Below, piece by piece: positions 25,440 to 40,500 of a stretch of DNA of 64,000 nt; position 1 is the first letter of the stretch; each line of letters starts with the position of its first letter. A program made the translations under genes and the position numbers. The DNA lies in the NCBI RefSeq assembly GCF_001194135.2, contig NC_068983.1, positions 159,046,146 to 159,110,145 on the forward strand. Reading direction: 5' to 3'. The notes below the pieces were generated by a model that saw only the letters and a list, made by a program, of their open reading frames with translations, made no database searches and was not told the DNA's origin. Source of the DNA: Octopus bimaculoides. Lineage: Eukaryota.

Positions 25440-28400
25440 TGCAGGTGGCACATGAAATGCGCCATTTTGAGCATGGCCGTTGCCAGTACCGCTTGACTAG
25501 CCTTCGTGCGGGTGACACGTAAAAGCACCCACTACACTCTCTGAGTGGTTGGCATTAGGAAGGGCATCCAGCTGTAGAAACTCTGCCAAATCAGATTGGA
25601 GCCTGGTGTAGCCATCTGGTTTCACCAGTCCTCAGTCAAATCGTCCAACCCATGCTAGCATGGAAAGCGGACGTTAAACGACGACAACATAGTTACAATG
25701 TGGCTTTCAGTAAAACATTTTGGCATTATTTTTTGATTGTTTGATTATTAAAGCCATTACCTGATCTTTATATTTCTATGGGCTTTGTCTTGTTTATTGT
25801 GTTCAGTAAGATTAAAAGGTTATTACTGGTAATCTTTGTAATGTTATAAATCAGATCTGAAGTTTTCTGGAATCAAATGAACATGTAGCTCTTCTCTCAT
25901 GTAAGTAGGCCTGTTGAAGGTTTATAATCAAGAGTTAATGCTAGACTGACATTACATTAACTGATAATAGAACTCAGTCCATTTTACTAGAGTCAAATTT
26001 ATTATATGTATTGTTGAGTTGACTAGTGGCAGCTGCTAGAAGCAGAACTTCCAATCTGCCCAATATGACCTTAAGTTATAAGTATTAACCTTTTGTTTTG
26101 GTTATCTGAAGGAGTTGGAGCTGTGCTTATTGCAATTTCAGACCGTCTTCAATTGGATATTTGGCCACACATATATGGCAACTATTTAGTAAACATTTTG
26201 AAGATTAGTTCATTGAAGGAAAAAAAAAAAAAAATAGGCATGAGTAAATAGTTTTAGGGGAATGCAATTTTGAGTTCTTAGGAATGTTTGATTTGAAAAG
26301 ATTATAGTAATGTTGATAGGCTGAAATAACCGTGAGCAGGTTGTTAAATTACAGGAGAAAATGTTGAAGTAAGTTGACATTTGAGACAAATAATAGCTGG
26401 TGTGGAAGCCAAACATTTGTTAGCTAATGTTATGTCCCTTTTATTAGAACATTAAGGGATAACCTTACTTAGTATGGGGAAAAATGTCAACATTATTTGA
26501 AAACAAATATAAAAAATAGAATGAATTAAAAAACTATGGCTGATATATATAAGACAGTATATTATGCCCATTTAAGGATGTTCGTTTTGATTGCATGTGT
26601 ATGATGTTTTTAGGTGAAAAGTTGTGGAGGATGGAAATATGTTAGGTCTGTGTATGAGTATATTTGATTTTAAGTAACAGTGAGCAGGTCATTGATTTAC
26701 TGAAGTAAATTAGGGAAATGTTGTTGAATTCAGGGACACTCCACAGTTGATAGAAAATGGGCTGAAGTAAGCCCAATCAACATATATCTGCAAAGAGACA
26801 GTCTGTTAAGAAACTTTATGAGATTCTCAATCTGACATACTAAAGACTTTGCTGATGTTGGAGTTATATGCTAGAAGTTTGCATGGTCAGACAGTTTGTC
26901 ATTGTATGGTCAGAGAGTTTCCATTTGTTTTTATAAGGGTAACCTTTTGGAGCATATAACATGATGTTAGGACCAATTTCTTTAAGATGAAATGTTCACT
27001 GGAGAGTTTGGAAAATGTTTTGTGTGTATACAAATTGGAATTGGAAACCAAGTGGCCAGCACATGTAGTTGCTTTATCTGCAGGATACCACTTACTACAA
27101 TGTTGTTAATTATCGTTTTAGGAAGTAAAGAAGCTTGTTAACTTTGTGATACTTGGAAAGACACTTTTACTTTCTAGGCATTTTGTAAGTGTTTTAATGG
27201 TAGGTGAATGCCTCTTAATGAGTGAGGTACATGATTTTCTGTCGGTGTTGCAGTCATTGTTCTTTCCTTGTATGTTGTTCTTTCCATAACTGTTCATTGA
27301 TCACTTGAAAGTTATCAGTTATGTAGTTCATTTGTGTCAGAGATGTAGAGACACGTAATCTACTTTACTGTCAGATATTGGTTTAGGATGAAGCCTATCA
27401 ACCATCTTATGTAATGAACATAGAATTGACTAGTGACTTATTAGCTGACTAGAAGTGTCAGAGGGTTTGAGAGTAGAGGCTGTTGATGTAAGTGGGTTGC
27501 ATTGTTTTGTGTTGGTTGGTAAAGATCATGTTAAGAGTGAAAAAGTGATCAAGTGCTAATTGATCAGATTTACTAAGGAAAATGTTGCTTCGATGATAAC
27601 AAATGTTTATTTTGACTTTTAGATACAATGAAGGTCTACTTGACATTACTGCCAGCTCAGTAGAAATGGTTGGTGAACCCAAAGAAGTATTTAAAGATTT
27701 GACCAAAGGAAACACTGTGACCAAGTAAGTTTCTTTTTATCATTTGAAATAATAATTTTTTATAGTTTTACAAGGCCACATTTTAGTTGAAGAGGGATAT
27801 AGTTGGCTTAATTTCTCATAATTCATGTCAGACATTTATGTTGTTAATCCTGCGATTTGAACTTATGACATATGCATTTAAGCACTAACGGCATTTAGTT
27901 CACTGCACTTTAAGATGATAATCATCTAAAACTATAAAACATAGGTATTCCTACAACAGACTGTCTGTCCTATTTCCTGGTGAGAAAGTAATCTGCTAGA
28001 TTTGTTGTGTTTGCCAGATTGATTGGAGATGAGGTAGTCAACTGGTTTTTTGAAATGCCTATTGCAAACTGTTAGATCAGAACTCCATGAACTTTACACC
28101 CTCCTCATTTCTTGAACCATAACCATAACTTCCATATGTTGCAGAAGCTACCGACACACTGGCCGACATATCTGTTGATGTCACCAGCCATGATAACTAG
28201 GTCACTGTCAGTAGTTATTAAGATTGTCTGTCCAAGGTTTCACAGAAGCAGTCTTTCTCTTCTTCTGGCAGTCCTGCCTGTGGAACATATTCTGAGATAA
28301 ATGTTGCTATTGCATTGTCAAAAATTAGTCTCAACTTAATTATTCTATCATGCAGTAAAAAGTTCTTTGTGAAGTGATTGATGTTAGGAAGGACATCCAG

Positions 28401-31400
28401 CTGTAGAAACCATGCCAAAGCAGGCACCGATCCTGGTGCAGCCCTCTGGCTCATCTGTTCTTATTTCTTTACTGCCCACAAGGAGCTACACACAGATGGG
28501 ACAAACAAGGACAGACAAAGGGATTAAGTCGATTACATCGACGCCAGTTCGTAACTGGTACTTGATTTATCGACCCCGAAAGGATGAAAGGCAAAGTCAA
28601 CCTCGGCGGAATTTGAACTCAGAACGTAACGGCCTCACGAAATACCGCTAAGCATTTCGTCCGACGTGCTAACGTTTCTTCCAGCTCTGGCTCATCTGTT
28701 GTTGAACTGTCCAAGCCATACCAGCATGGAAAAAGGAACCTTAATTGATGATGATGGTGATGACAACCTGAGTACCTCAGTTACTTTATGTATCCATTTC
28801 TCAGCCAGCAGTATGCTTTTCTCACCCCTTCTGTCACTATTACTCAGAAGAATTTGTATTGCAGTCTCTTGTCTATGAGGAAGATCCCTTCCAACTTTTT
28901 CTCTTGCACACTGCACACATCCACTTGTCTCTGCTCTAAAATCTCCATAATCTCACCAGGCCTATTTTTCATCATGCCCATGTTTATAGTTACTGCCTTA
29001 AAGTTTTGGAACTTACAAGAAAGGTAGGTGGGAGGGTCTTCAATAGTAAAGGTGCTTGGTTGTTGGTTCATTAGTCTGATTGCATTAGTAACAATGGGAA
29101 AGTTGGGCCATGCTTTGCCAGCAGTTTGTAGATTTATACATGATTACTTTTTTCCTTTTTGTTTAATTTGCCATCATTCGTTCATTCTCCAACTCTTGCT
29201 GCATATGTGCCAATAGGTGCCATTTAAATTATCATCAATAAATAAAATAAATATGTAGATAAAGGTTCTGATGCTGTTTTTAATGTACCGTTGTTACATG
29301 TGTTTGCTATGATTTTTATTACTGTTGCTGGCAGGAATCTGGTGCAGGGGTAATAGATATATCAGGTATATGGGATGACTGTGCTATGGGGTAAGTGGGG
29401 ATGGGAACACAAATAGTCACTAAGGGTAGGAAGTAGGGACTTATTACTGGTCAAGGGAAAAAAATGAGAGAGACATTCTGTATAAGAAGTTGGAAAGGAT
29501 AAGAGCAGGTACATCACTACAAGTTTTGTAGGGACAAATGGAGAACAAAAAGAGAAGAAAGAAATATTTTAAGCATGGTTTAGAGAAGGAAAAGAAAATT
29601 GTTTGAAGCATTGCTCTCAGAGTTGAGAGCATTGCAACATCTTATAGCTTCCTAGGAGCCATTAAAATGTATTGGCTTAAGCTAATGAAGATGATTGCGT
29701 AACTCCTGTTGTCATTCATTAATTTATATTATGCTTTGTATTCTGTGTGTGTATATATATATATATGTACACGCATGAAGAAAATGTTGACAGTGACTTC
29801 AAATAGGCAGTTTACTTGCTATTGTTGGTCTTTGAAGTTATGTCATTTTCCTTTCTTGTAAAAACAAATATGACATCATGATGGAAGATATTGAGGGATT
29901 CTTCCATTACATGTTCAGATGTATTTTATATATAGCTTTACATTGAAGCAAACAGCAACACATACCCAGACCTGTCCATTGAAATTCAGTGTGGTACAGA
30001 TTCTTTTTTCCTACCCTATCAGAGTATCTTTGAAGCTTTTGTCTCTTTAGTGTTTCTTCATAGCATTTACCTTGTAATAGGTGAGTCATCTATGTTTCTT
30101 AACTTCGTCGTCGTCGTTTAACGTCCGCTTTCCATGCTAGCATGGGTTGGACGATTTGACTGAGGACTGGTGAAACCAGATGGCTACACCAGACTCCAAT
30201 CTGATTTGGCAGAGTTTCTACAGCTGGATGCCCTTCCTAACGCCAACCACTCAGAGAGTGTAGTGGGTGCTTTTATGTGTCACCTGCACGAAGGTCAGTC
30301 AGGCGGCACTGGCAACGGCCACGCTCATCTCGCTCGAGAAACCTCATATGTTTGTATACAGAAATGCAGAAAGGGTGAAGAAGAGAAAAAGAGACAGAAG
30401 AGAGGTGAAGAAACTCTGATGTTTCACAACTCTTCATTAAATAAAATTATAAGTTTTGTAACTTTACAAATGAATTTTGGTTGATCCTATTACCTCAAAC
30501 AAACGTAAAGTTTCTTTATGCAGCAGTTAGTTTTGAAATTTTCCTATTACTAGCCGCTTCCCTCTCACTGCTTGAGTAATTTATTCTGTTTGTTCTATTT
30601 CACGGAAATGTTTGCCTTCAATGTGACACGTCATGCTAACAGTTGAATTTCTCTTATAACTCTCTTGACTATCTTCGGTTACGCTGATTATTTCCCTTAG
30701 CATATCAACTTGCACACAACCACACTAGCATGAGAAAGCAGATGTTAACAGACTGATACAATGTAATGCTAGACATTTTGTATTTTCTACCTCAGATTAG
30801 CATTTTGTCTATTTGTGTACAATTTTTTTTTTGCAGCTAATAGTTGCCCAATATTTTAAGAAAATGCTTCTCTGCAATTCTATATTTTTGCAGCAAGAGG
30901 ATGGGAACTATCATATAGCTGTTTATAGGAGATCAAAAAAATTATTTATTGATGATTTTGTAAAAAGGGAATTTTTGATAATTTTAAATAACAATTGAAA
31001 ATAGAGATTTAGTAAAGTTATATTGGCTTATTAAGAGTGAAATATTTGCAACTTAACTCAATTTTAAAATACTCTTTTTTGATAGTAAGTAGGCAATGTT
31101 TTGCTTCATTATTGATTTACAACGTGTAATTTATATCTTATAAATTAATGTAATTAACATACTAAAATATAAGGTATGCTGTTTTATGTCATTGCTGGTA
31201 CTGCAAGTATGTCATTTGGAAATTTTAAGAGCTTGTCCCGCCTTTCTCCGAGTAGAACATATGCTACAAAAATAAAGCAAAACTGAATTGGAATGATTAA
31301 GCATTTAGGGTCAAGATGAAACCAAATGAATCTATCAATCTTTAATTGACCAGTGAGAAAAAAAAATAGTTGTGGCCACTAGTAAGAAAGGTTGCATGAG

Positions 31401-31482
31401 GAAATCTTCTGTAAGAATGGTCTCAGAATGCTTTCAGAACAGATTGAGAGAGTGTGTGTACACATGTGCAAGCACCTGCACA

Positions 31483-31521
<39 letters not shown>

Positions 31522-34500
31522 TCCAACATTTTTTTTTTGAAATATCTTTCTCATCAGTGTATCTTTGTAGGATTTACTTGACGTCATCTATGTTTGTCAA
31601 TTTGTAAGTTGAAATACAAGGAGATACACTGATAATTTATACATGGATTTGTAACTACACATATACCATTTTTGATCTAAGATAATAGTATATGGTAATG
31701 TAGATTTCATTGAAAACTTTTTTGTCTAGAAACCTTGACATTTTATTAAGTAGATGGGAAATTAAAAGTGTCTAAATACATACCCTGGGGTAAGTAAACT
31801 AAAACAGTTTTAGTTGTAGTTTAAAGTAATATTGTTTTTATTATTTCCTTTCATGGATCTCTATGATTCATTGGACCTTTGTTCGTCTTTATATACTATC
31901 CATGTAATTTTTTTTTAACTATATCCAAATGTTTCCTTCATTTAATAGCTACTAACTATTGGAGTTTTGTTTTCTTTATAGGCTCGTTGTATTGAATGTT
32001 GATCGAGGAATGAAATATGAGCAAGCTTTAAGTATGTATGAGAATCACAAAGGCAAAGGTGGTTTTTACCTTTCAAAGGGTCAGCCATTTGGTCGTAAAC
32101 TCTGTTTGTTGGCACTTTCCAAAGACAACTCTAAAAATATCTTCAAAGTAGCCAGGTTTGTTAATTTATTTCTGCAATCATCTTCTTAATAATATTTTCA
32201 GAATGGTGGCTATGAAAACTGATATTAATGTGTGTGTGTAATTTAGTAGTAAAGTGTCATACAGTAAAAGATAGTTAATGTAACTTTACTCATTCAGTTT
32301 TAGGAAGTTAACTGCTGTTTAAATCTGTCCTATAACAATTATTTCAGCTATTTCATTGTTGCCATATAACAAGTCTCATGCTTTATGAGAGAAATGCACT
32401 TAAAAAAAAAAAATATAGAAACAGAATGAACATAACTAGCATGTAAGAGAATCATTCTGGCGATTCAGAGAATTTTAATGTATTTTGTGAGTTGATCCTT
32501 TTGCTTCCTTAGTGAACCATTACATGATCTGTTTAATACCTGATGAGCCTGTTTCTAAACAACATAGCCCATATTGTGTGTGTATTCCATTTTGCTTGAA
32601 ATGTTAACCCATTTTTGAAATTGAAACATAGAATTACAATAATATTAGCAGTCGTAGTAGCTGGATGTTTTTTATGAAGTTTTCTTGAGCTATTTTGATG
32701 ATCTACTTTCATAGCATCAAATTTTCTACTTGACATCCAAAACATCCTTTTTGGCATAATTTAAGGTAATAATAATTTGGGCCATTTATATTTCTGGAAA
32801 ACATTTTACGCTGAACATTAGTTAAAAATATTACCTGTTGTAAATTATTTACTAATTTATTAAATTACACCCAAAGCCTATAACCTACTGAATTGTTTTG
32901 GGCATGAGTGATTATATCTCTGTTGTCTTCTCTAAGGTTAAGTTACCACAAGTAAATAGAATGTAATAAACTAAACTTCTCAAGGTACCTATGTACAGTT
33001 GACTAGATTGAGTATAAATGTTGGTAATGATATATTTACCCTTGACTTTCCAATGGATCTGCTTCTTGTTTTAGACTAGGCTCGTAACTCTCAAAAATAT
33101 TTATTCATTTTTTATTCTATTTCTTTTTACTGATGAACCTGTTAATGTTGATGTCTTTTCATTAATTAGGCCGAATACTGGTGTATCAGCATTTGAAATG
33201 GAGAAGTCAGACTTACATGCAAAATACTCAAAAATTAGCCTCATTGATGCAGGTAAATAATGTTTATTTTTGTATACATGTGATTGATAGTATTAATTAG
33301 TGATTGATTTATATATGTTTGGATAATTTTTGAACACTTTTATCTTAAAGAGGATTCATATAGCCTTACTTAATGAATGGTCTGCTATGTTTTATACATA
33401 TGTGAATCAATTTTTTTTTTTACTTCATGATTCTGGGAAAGTGATGGAGAAATTAAAGTCTTGGTTAAAAGATAATGTGATGGAAAACTAAAGATCATAA
33501 CCTACAGATACTGTGGTTTTAGTTAATGTCAATACCTATATACTCCTGAAATAGGTACCACAGCTTTTCAATTTATTGATATTCAGAAAGATAACCAATT
33601 TATGCAAACATTGATGTATACATGTTTCTAATAGTCCGTTGTGTTGTTTTTGAAGTTCTCAAGGACAAAATGTGATTGGTATGTCATGTAAAAGAAAAAT
33701 GTAAGGTGGATATCGCCTGTGGAGAGAAGAAAGTTTTGTGTGATGTTTTTTATTTGTCATAGGTGTTCACTTACTCTAAGTGATAATTTGCTTCAAACAC
33801 TTTACCTAAAGTCAGTAATGTGTCTTTTTCATTGTTGATTTTTTTTCATGGAAGGCACTAATTTATTCAAGCATTCTGTGAACTAGATCATCAGCACATT
33901 AGAGTTCTCACAGACAGCTGGTTTTAAATACTTCTGTTATGGCTTGCTGGATTATAATAAATAGAAGAATGGAGTCTTGGTCAGCCACTGCTTGTACACT
34001 ATATTTGTTGCTGTGCTCATTTCTGACTGTCACCTTGCTGATTGCACTTCTGAGAAATGACTTATACAGCTTTTACAAGTCATTCCACTGCTAGCTTCTT
34101 TAGTAACCAACAGATTACAGAGGGATCTGAGGAAGGTATTACTGATCACTGGTTACTAAGAGATCCAGCTTCATGAATGCTAGGTATACTGGACTTAGTC
34201 CCCTTAGCTAAATACTTCTGAAGTTTTCTCATTAGCAATATAGCATCTGTAATACTTCTTACTGGTACAAAGCTGATTTGTACCACCACCACCACCTCTT
34301 CCTCATCCCCGTCGTTCAACGTCCATTTCCCATGCCAGCATGGGTTGGATGGTTTGACTGGAGCTGTCCAGGCTCCAATTGTCTGTTTTGACATGGTTTC
34401 TATAGCTGGATGCCTTTCCTAATGTTGACTGCATCCTGTCTAATTCTTCTTTTAATCAATTGTGCTGTGGTTTTTTCGTTAACTTTCATAACTTGATCTA

Positions 34501-37500
34501 AAAATTCAGTACCTCTGTAATTTCTTCTTACTAGTGCATCTCCTTTGCCCTTATGGGAGTATGCCAGTGATTGTGTACGACATCTTGTACTACCTGATTG
34601 ACTATGTGGGTAACTAGCTTGTTCCTTTCTCTGCCAGATATTTTAAGTATCCAGCAGTAATTCCTGATGGATTCTATGCTTTCCCTGCTCTCATACCATT
34701 AATTAATTTGTCTACCATACTATCAATTTGAAAGGCTGGCCTCTGTTAAGTTGGGGGTACTGGATATGGGCAGATTTCATGCCATACCCTGTTTCACAAA
34801 CTTCTTGACTGAAGAGAGTGGAGTAATGGTGGAAGAGAAGTAGGATGATAAACGTTGTTGATGGAAGAACTGAATACAGCTAGATCAAATTCTATTTCTC
34901 TTTACGTAGGCAGCATAACACAGTTGATAGGTGAGTGCCAGATGGGAGAGTAAAGAAGAGAACAGTAGTTGGAAGCTTAACAGGAATATAATAGCTGAGA
35001 GGCCTCTATAGATATATTACACATCCCAGCGTCCTCCACCACCGCCACCACCATGTTCATTTGTGCAGCTGCTTTTCCATGCATGCCTCAATGTGTGGAT
35101 TTTCTTCAGTGTCTCACCACTCTCTACAGTTGCTTGTCATCTCTTTTATGATGTTCCTGTTTCCTGAGCACAGTCTTTACTGCTTCATCCCATGTCTTCA
35201 TATGTCTCTCACTTCCACGGTCTTAGATGCTTGGTACTCTATATAGCTAACATTCTACATATGCACCACATGTATTTATCAGTGTAGTCTTCTCTCTTGC
35301 ATCCTATGTCTGATTCTTTTATCCAGCTCACTGGTGCTCTGTCATTCATGAAATGGGGCATACTTGTTTAATTTCTTCTCAGTCATTACAAATATTCAGC
35401 ATTCAGAGCCCATGTCTTACTACTACTTTGCAGTATTACACTTCATACATAAGCATCATACAATCTGTTTATTACTAGCTGAAATAATAGCTCCCTGATC
35501 TTTCTGCACCTTGCTCTTACTCTAAGTGAACTATACTTTTAGAAAACCTACCTCCAAAAGCTATCAACTGCTGATTGTGAGGATTTATTTTATGCATGTT
35601 GTTATTGTTAACTGCTCCTGTGATTTTTTTTCTATGTGTAAAGTCTACCTTAACTGCCAGCCTGCTTGTGATCCCAGTACACTTATGAATCGCTGGTATA
35701 CAGCAGTAACACTGTATGAAATTGTTTTTTGCTTCTTTCCTGCTTGTTGAGTGCTACCATTTTCCTGACAGTTGAAGATTTCTTGCTTAATAAACTTTAG
35801 TCTTCGCTAAAGTTTACTTCAAAGCCTTAGCAGCATGTTGGAGTTTCATCGATAGCCATTATGACCTGGAGGACTGTAGTAAACAGGAGAGGTCTAACAG
35901 TTTTGTTGTACGCCTACCTGCACACTAAATCTATTTAGCCACTCATCTACTCTTAATTTCCTTAGTAACCACCAGATGGCAAAGACCTCTAAGTTAATGA
36001 ATCCTAGATGTAGGAGTTTACTTTCAGTTAAGTGCCTTTCTTGGAGTTGTCTATCTGCAAAGATGGCATTGATAATAGTATTTTTTCTTGGTACAAAAGA
36101 TGATGTGCATCTCATCTAGGTGAATTTGGTTTCTAATTAATTGTGTTATAACACTTCTTGTACATGTAATGTTATCAGAAAGTTTCTTGGTTTCATGTCC
36201 TTTGCTTATACTGTTCATTAGAAATGCACATGCAGCTCATGATCATTGGTAGATAATTTATTGATTCAATTTAGAAATAGGCTGAATGCTATATACTCAT
36301 GTTGAGCTATTTGGTGTTTTGTTACATTATGTTAGAACAGCTTTTATATTTTTATTATGGTTGATAGATTCAACAAATATATATATGTATCAGATTTTGC
36401 ATGAAGCTCAACAAATCTATCAACACCCTAAAATAGCTTTGCGAGTTTTTTTTTTTTGACAAACACAGGTTTTGGAGTGAATTGCATGTTTTAATGATAC
36501 TTAAGTGTTAGTTCAAGGTAACTAATCATTAGCAAAAATGCCAGAAAGTATGAACAATTATTTGAACTTAATCTGTGATGACTGTCACTGAATAAATATT
36601 CAACTGTCTCATCATCATCATCATCATCGTCGTTTAATGTCCGCTTTCCATGCTAGCATGGGTTGGACAATTTGACTGAGGACTGGTGGACCAGGAGGCG
36701 ACACCAGGCTCCAATCTGATTTGGCAGAGTTTCTACAGCTGGATGCCCTTCCTAACACCAACCACTCTGAGAGTGTAGTGGGTGCTTTTACGTGCCACCG
36801 GCGTGAAGGCCAGTCAGGTGGTACTGGCAACGGCCATGCTTGAAATGGTGTATTTTATGTGTCACCTGCACAGGAGCCAGTCCATCAGCACTGGCAACGA
36901 TCTCGCTCGAATGCCTTCTGTTAAGGAGTCAAGTGATTCTTATGGAAAACCTCAACATACATAATGTTACCACAAAGTTTATCCTCTAGTTCTTGACATT
37001 TGAATAAAAGCTGTGTGTACTACAGTGTGAGAAGGTCAGCACCAAATGTATACTTTTAATCATTTCTCAAAACCAGTTCAGTGTTATTTATTTTTTTAAT
37101 TTTTAAAAGTATATTTCTTTTCTCTCATAACTGATTATATCTCTTTAATGATTGCTTATTAACATATTCATTTTCTCCATCTCTGATACAAATTAGAGTT
37201 TGAAGCTAATTGTTATTTAATTGCAAAATCAATTTTAATAGGCAATGTAGTAAACATTTTTTAACCCTTTTTCTACCAACTTGCCTGATACTGCCCAGGT
37301 TCTGTGATGCGAATTTCCTGTTCTAAAATGATCTAATTTAAAACATTCCATCAAAATTCTATTTTAATTTATGTTCCAAATACCAGCTTAGATAATGACT
37401 TAGTTTTGGTAAATTCTTCATCATCGCCTGACTGGCCTTCGTGCAGGTGACACTCTCTGAGCGGTTGGCGTTAGGAAGGGCATCCAGCTGTAGAAACTCT

Positions 37501-40500
37501 GCCAAATCAGATTGGAACCTGGTGTTGCCATCCGGTTTCACCAGTCCTCAGTCAAATCGTCCAACCCATGCTAGCATGGAAAGCGGACGTTAAACGATGA
37601 TGGTGATGATGATGATGAAAGGCTGTGCATTTCAGCAGAAATATGGCAATAGAAGAGCTATTTTGTATATTGCTAATTTCCTCAAGTCTAGCACTTGATT
37701 ATAATCCTACCTACATTTCAAATTATGAACCAATTAGTTATTACAGAAAGTTACTTGTATTTGATATTAACATCAGGTTTATACCCTTCATCATTATTAT
37801 TCTCAAAACAACTCTTATGAGCATTATCAACATATTGTTTTTCTATCTGTCAAGAGAGTGGAATAAGGTTTAAGAAATAAACTTTTCCTCATTCTTTATG
37901 TACTATCATCATCATCATCTTCCTCTCTCCTGTTTAACTCTTTTGTACCAATTTCACCTTGAATTAAATATCACTTCTGGCAATTGTCTACTACTAACAA
38001 GCTGTCTACAATTAACCTCTTCCCACCTTTCTTCTTAGCCTTGAGTGCTTGCTTTGCAGGATTCTATTAGACATCTAATGATTGTACTTCAGTCATTGCA
38101 GGACTTCATTAGTTTTATCTTCTATTATTTACCATGTTTCATGGTGTGGATATTTTCAACATTACTTCTAATGTCAACTTTACATAAACAGTATCCAGAC
38201 TGGCCCTCCCCCACTCAGTATATTAGTCATCATTGCATGTTGAGTATGTAGTATGGTTCTAAAGCAGAGCCATTATGTAACTGCAACAAGTCTGTGGGGT
38301 GTGCATAGTCGTTTATTTGGCTACTTGCCTGCCATAAGATTGCTCAATCAGCATTGACTTGGAGTACAATAACAACTTCACACAAACCTTTCGTATGAGA
38401 TTTTATTTCTCATATTCTCATAAGCACATGACTAGCACACAATTAGTAAGTTGTAACTTGCAAAGATTATTGAATATTTGAAATGAACTGTTATCACATG
38501 CAGAAGAAGTAGTCACTATGAAGTAAAAGTTGGTATTGGTCAAGAGTTCAGGACTATGTTAAAGCCATTGTGCTATGCCCCTGGGCAAAATATATAAGCA
38601 TGATTGCCACTGCCTGGCAATTGATGTCTGAGTGATTTATTGTAGGAAGAGCTTCCACTTGTAAAAACTCCCTCTCTTCTCATTTAGTAAGGGCATCCAT
38701 CTGTAGAACTGAGAACTGTTTCTACTCTGTACCCTGTGCTAGTATAAAATTGTTCATGAAATATACAATGTACTTGTGTGGTATTTTTGAATTTGAGGCA
38801 TAATTCATTAAATCTAGAAGCAGTCCACGTATCTCCTTGGACAAATAGGGTCCATAAATTGTTCATTGTACAAGTATCTGTCGAGCATTGTTGTTGTCGT
38901 TGGCGTCACCTCCACCACTGTCTTCATTCCACATTTGGTTTTTCATGCTGGTGTTGGTTGGACAGTTCATCATTGTTTGAATCAGTTCTTATTTGGAGTT
39001 AGTGCCTTTCACCTGAGTCACAGATCACTTTCCCTCAAACACTCAACTTTTGATATGGCTTCTACAGCTGGCTGCCTTTCCCATCATCAACCGCTTTAAA
39101 AAGCACACTGGATGTATTTTATCATTGATAACAGCACTAAAGAAATTACTCTATCTTATATCGTCTTCAAATACCTATTCCACTCATACCAGAGAGGTTC
39201 TCTTGTTCCCTCTTCCTTGCATTGTCTCTATTTATTTGTTCTTGTCTGCCTAACTGGATGTGTAAAAAGGCATGTTTTTTTGTTTTCCATCACATCACCA
39301 TTGCGGTTGTGTAATTGCCTGACTGGGCTTTTTGGATTTTCGAGCGAGATCGTTGCCAGTGCCCCTGGACTGGCTTGTGCGGGTGGCACATAAAAGACAC
39401 CATTTCGAGCGTGGCCGTTGCCAGTATCGCCTGACTGGCCTTCGTGCTGGTGGCACGTAAAAGCACCCACTACACTCTCTGAGTGGTTGGCTTTAGGAAG
39501 GGCATCCAGCTGTAGAAACTCTGCCAAATCAGATTGGAGCCTGGTGTAGCCTTCGGGTTCCACCAGTCCTCAGTCAAATCGTCCAACCCATGCTAGCATG
39601 GAAAGCGGACGTTAAACGATGGTGATGATGATGATGATGATGACTCCCCTTTCTCTCTCTTTCCCCTCCTATCACTTGCTCTCTTCTAGCCTTGTCTTTA
39701 GCCTTTTTATCCATCCATCTCCTTCTTTTCACCTTGACCCTCTTCGGTTACACTATTGTTTGGGTTCTCTTCCATTATTCTTACACTCTGTAACCCACTT
39801 GCTCCTTATAATTCTGGTTTTCTTCTATCACTCTCTCTCTTTCTCTCAAACACTGCTTCCAGAGAGAGAGGAAGAGAGAGTGATAGGATGGAAGGAAAGA
39901 TGGAAAGAAGAAAGAGATAAGGAGGAAAGATGGCATAGGCGCAGGAGTGGCTGTGTGGTAAGTAGCCTGCTTACCAACCACATGGTTCCGGGTTCAGTCC
40001 CACTGCGTGGCATCTTGGGCGAATGTCTTCTACTATAACCTTGGGCCGACCAAAGCCTTGTGAGTGGATTTGGTAGACGGAAACTGAAAGAAACCTGTCG
40101 TATATATGTATANNNNNNNNNNNNNNNNNNNNNNNNNNNNNNNNNNNNNNNNTGTGTGTGTGTGTTTGTGGGTCTGTGTTTGTCCCCCTAGCATTGCTTG
40201 ACAAACGATGCTGGTGTGTTTATGTCCCCGTAACTTAGCGGTTCGGCAAAAGAGACTGATAGAATAAGTACTAGGCTTACAAAGAATAAGTCCCGGGGTT
40301 GATTTGCTCGACTAAAGGCGGTGCTCCAGCATGGCCACAGTCAAATGACTGAAACAAGTAAAAGAGTAAAAGAGAATGATAAAAGGAGATGGGATGATGA
40401 GAGTGGAGTAATAAAAGAGGGAAAATAATGGGCTGAGGGAGAGAATTAGTAAGTGATAGTTGAGAATATCGAAGAGAGAAAGCTGTAGATAGGAGCAACA

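Noticed and set aside
26300-27420. Possible decayed LINE on the minus strand
   Set aside because: Composition is suggestive but I could not recover a diagnostic motif.
39619-40038. 139-aa ORF
   Set aside because: Low-complexity CT/GA sequence plus a SINE head.
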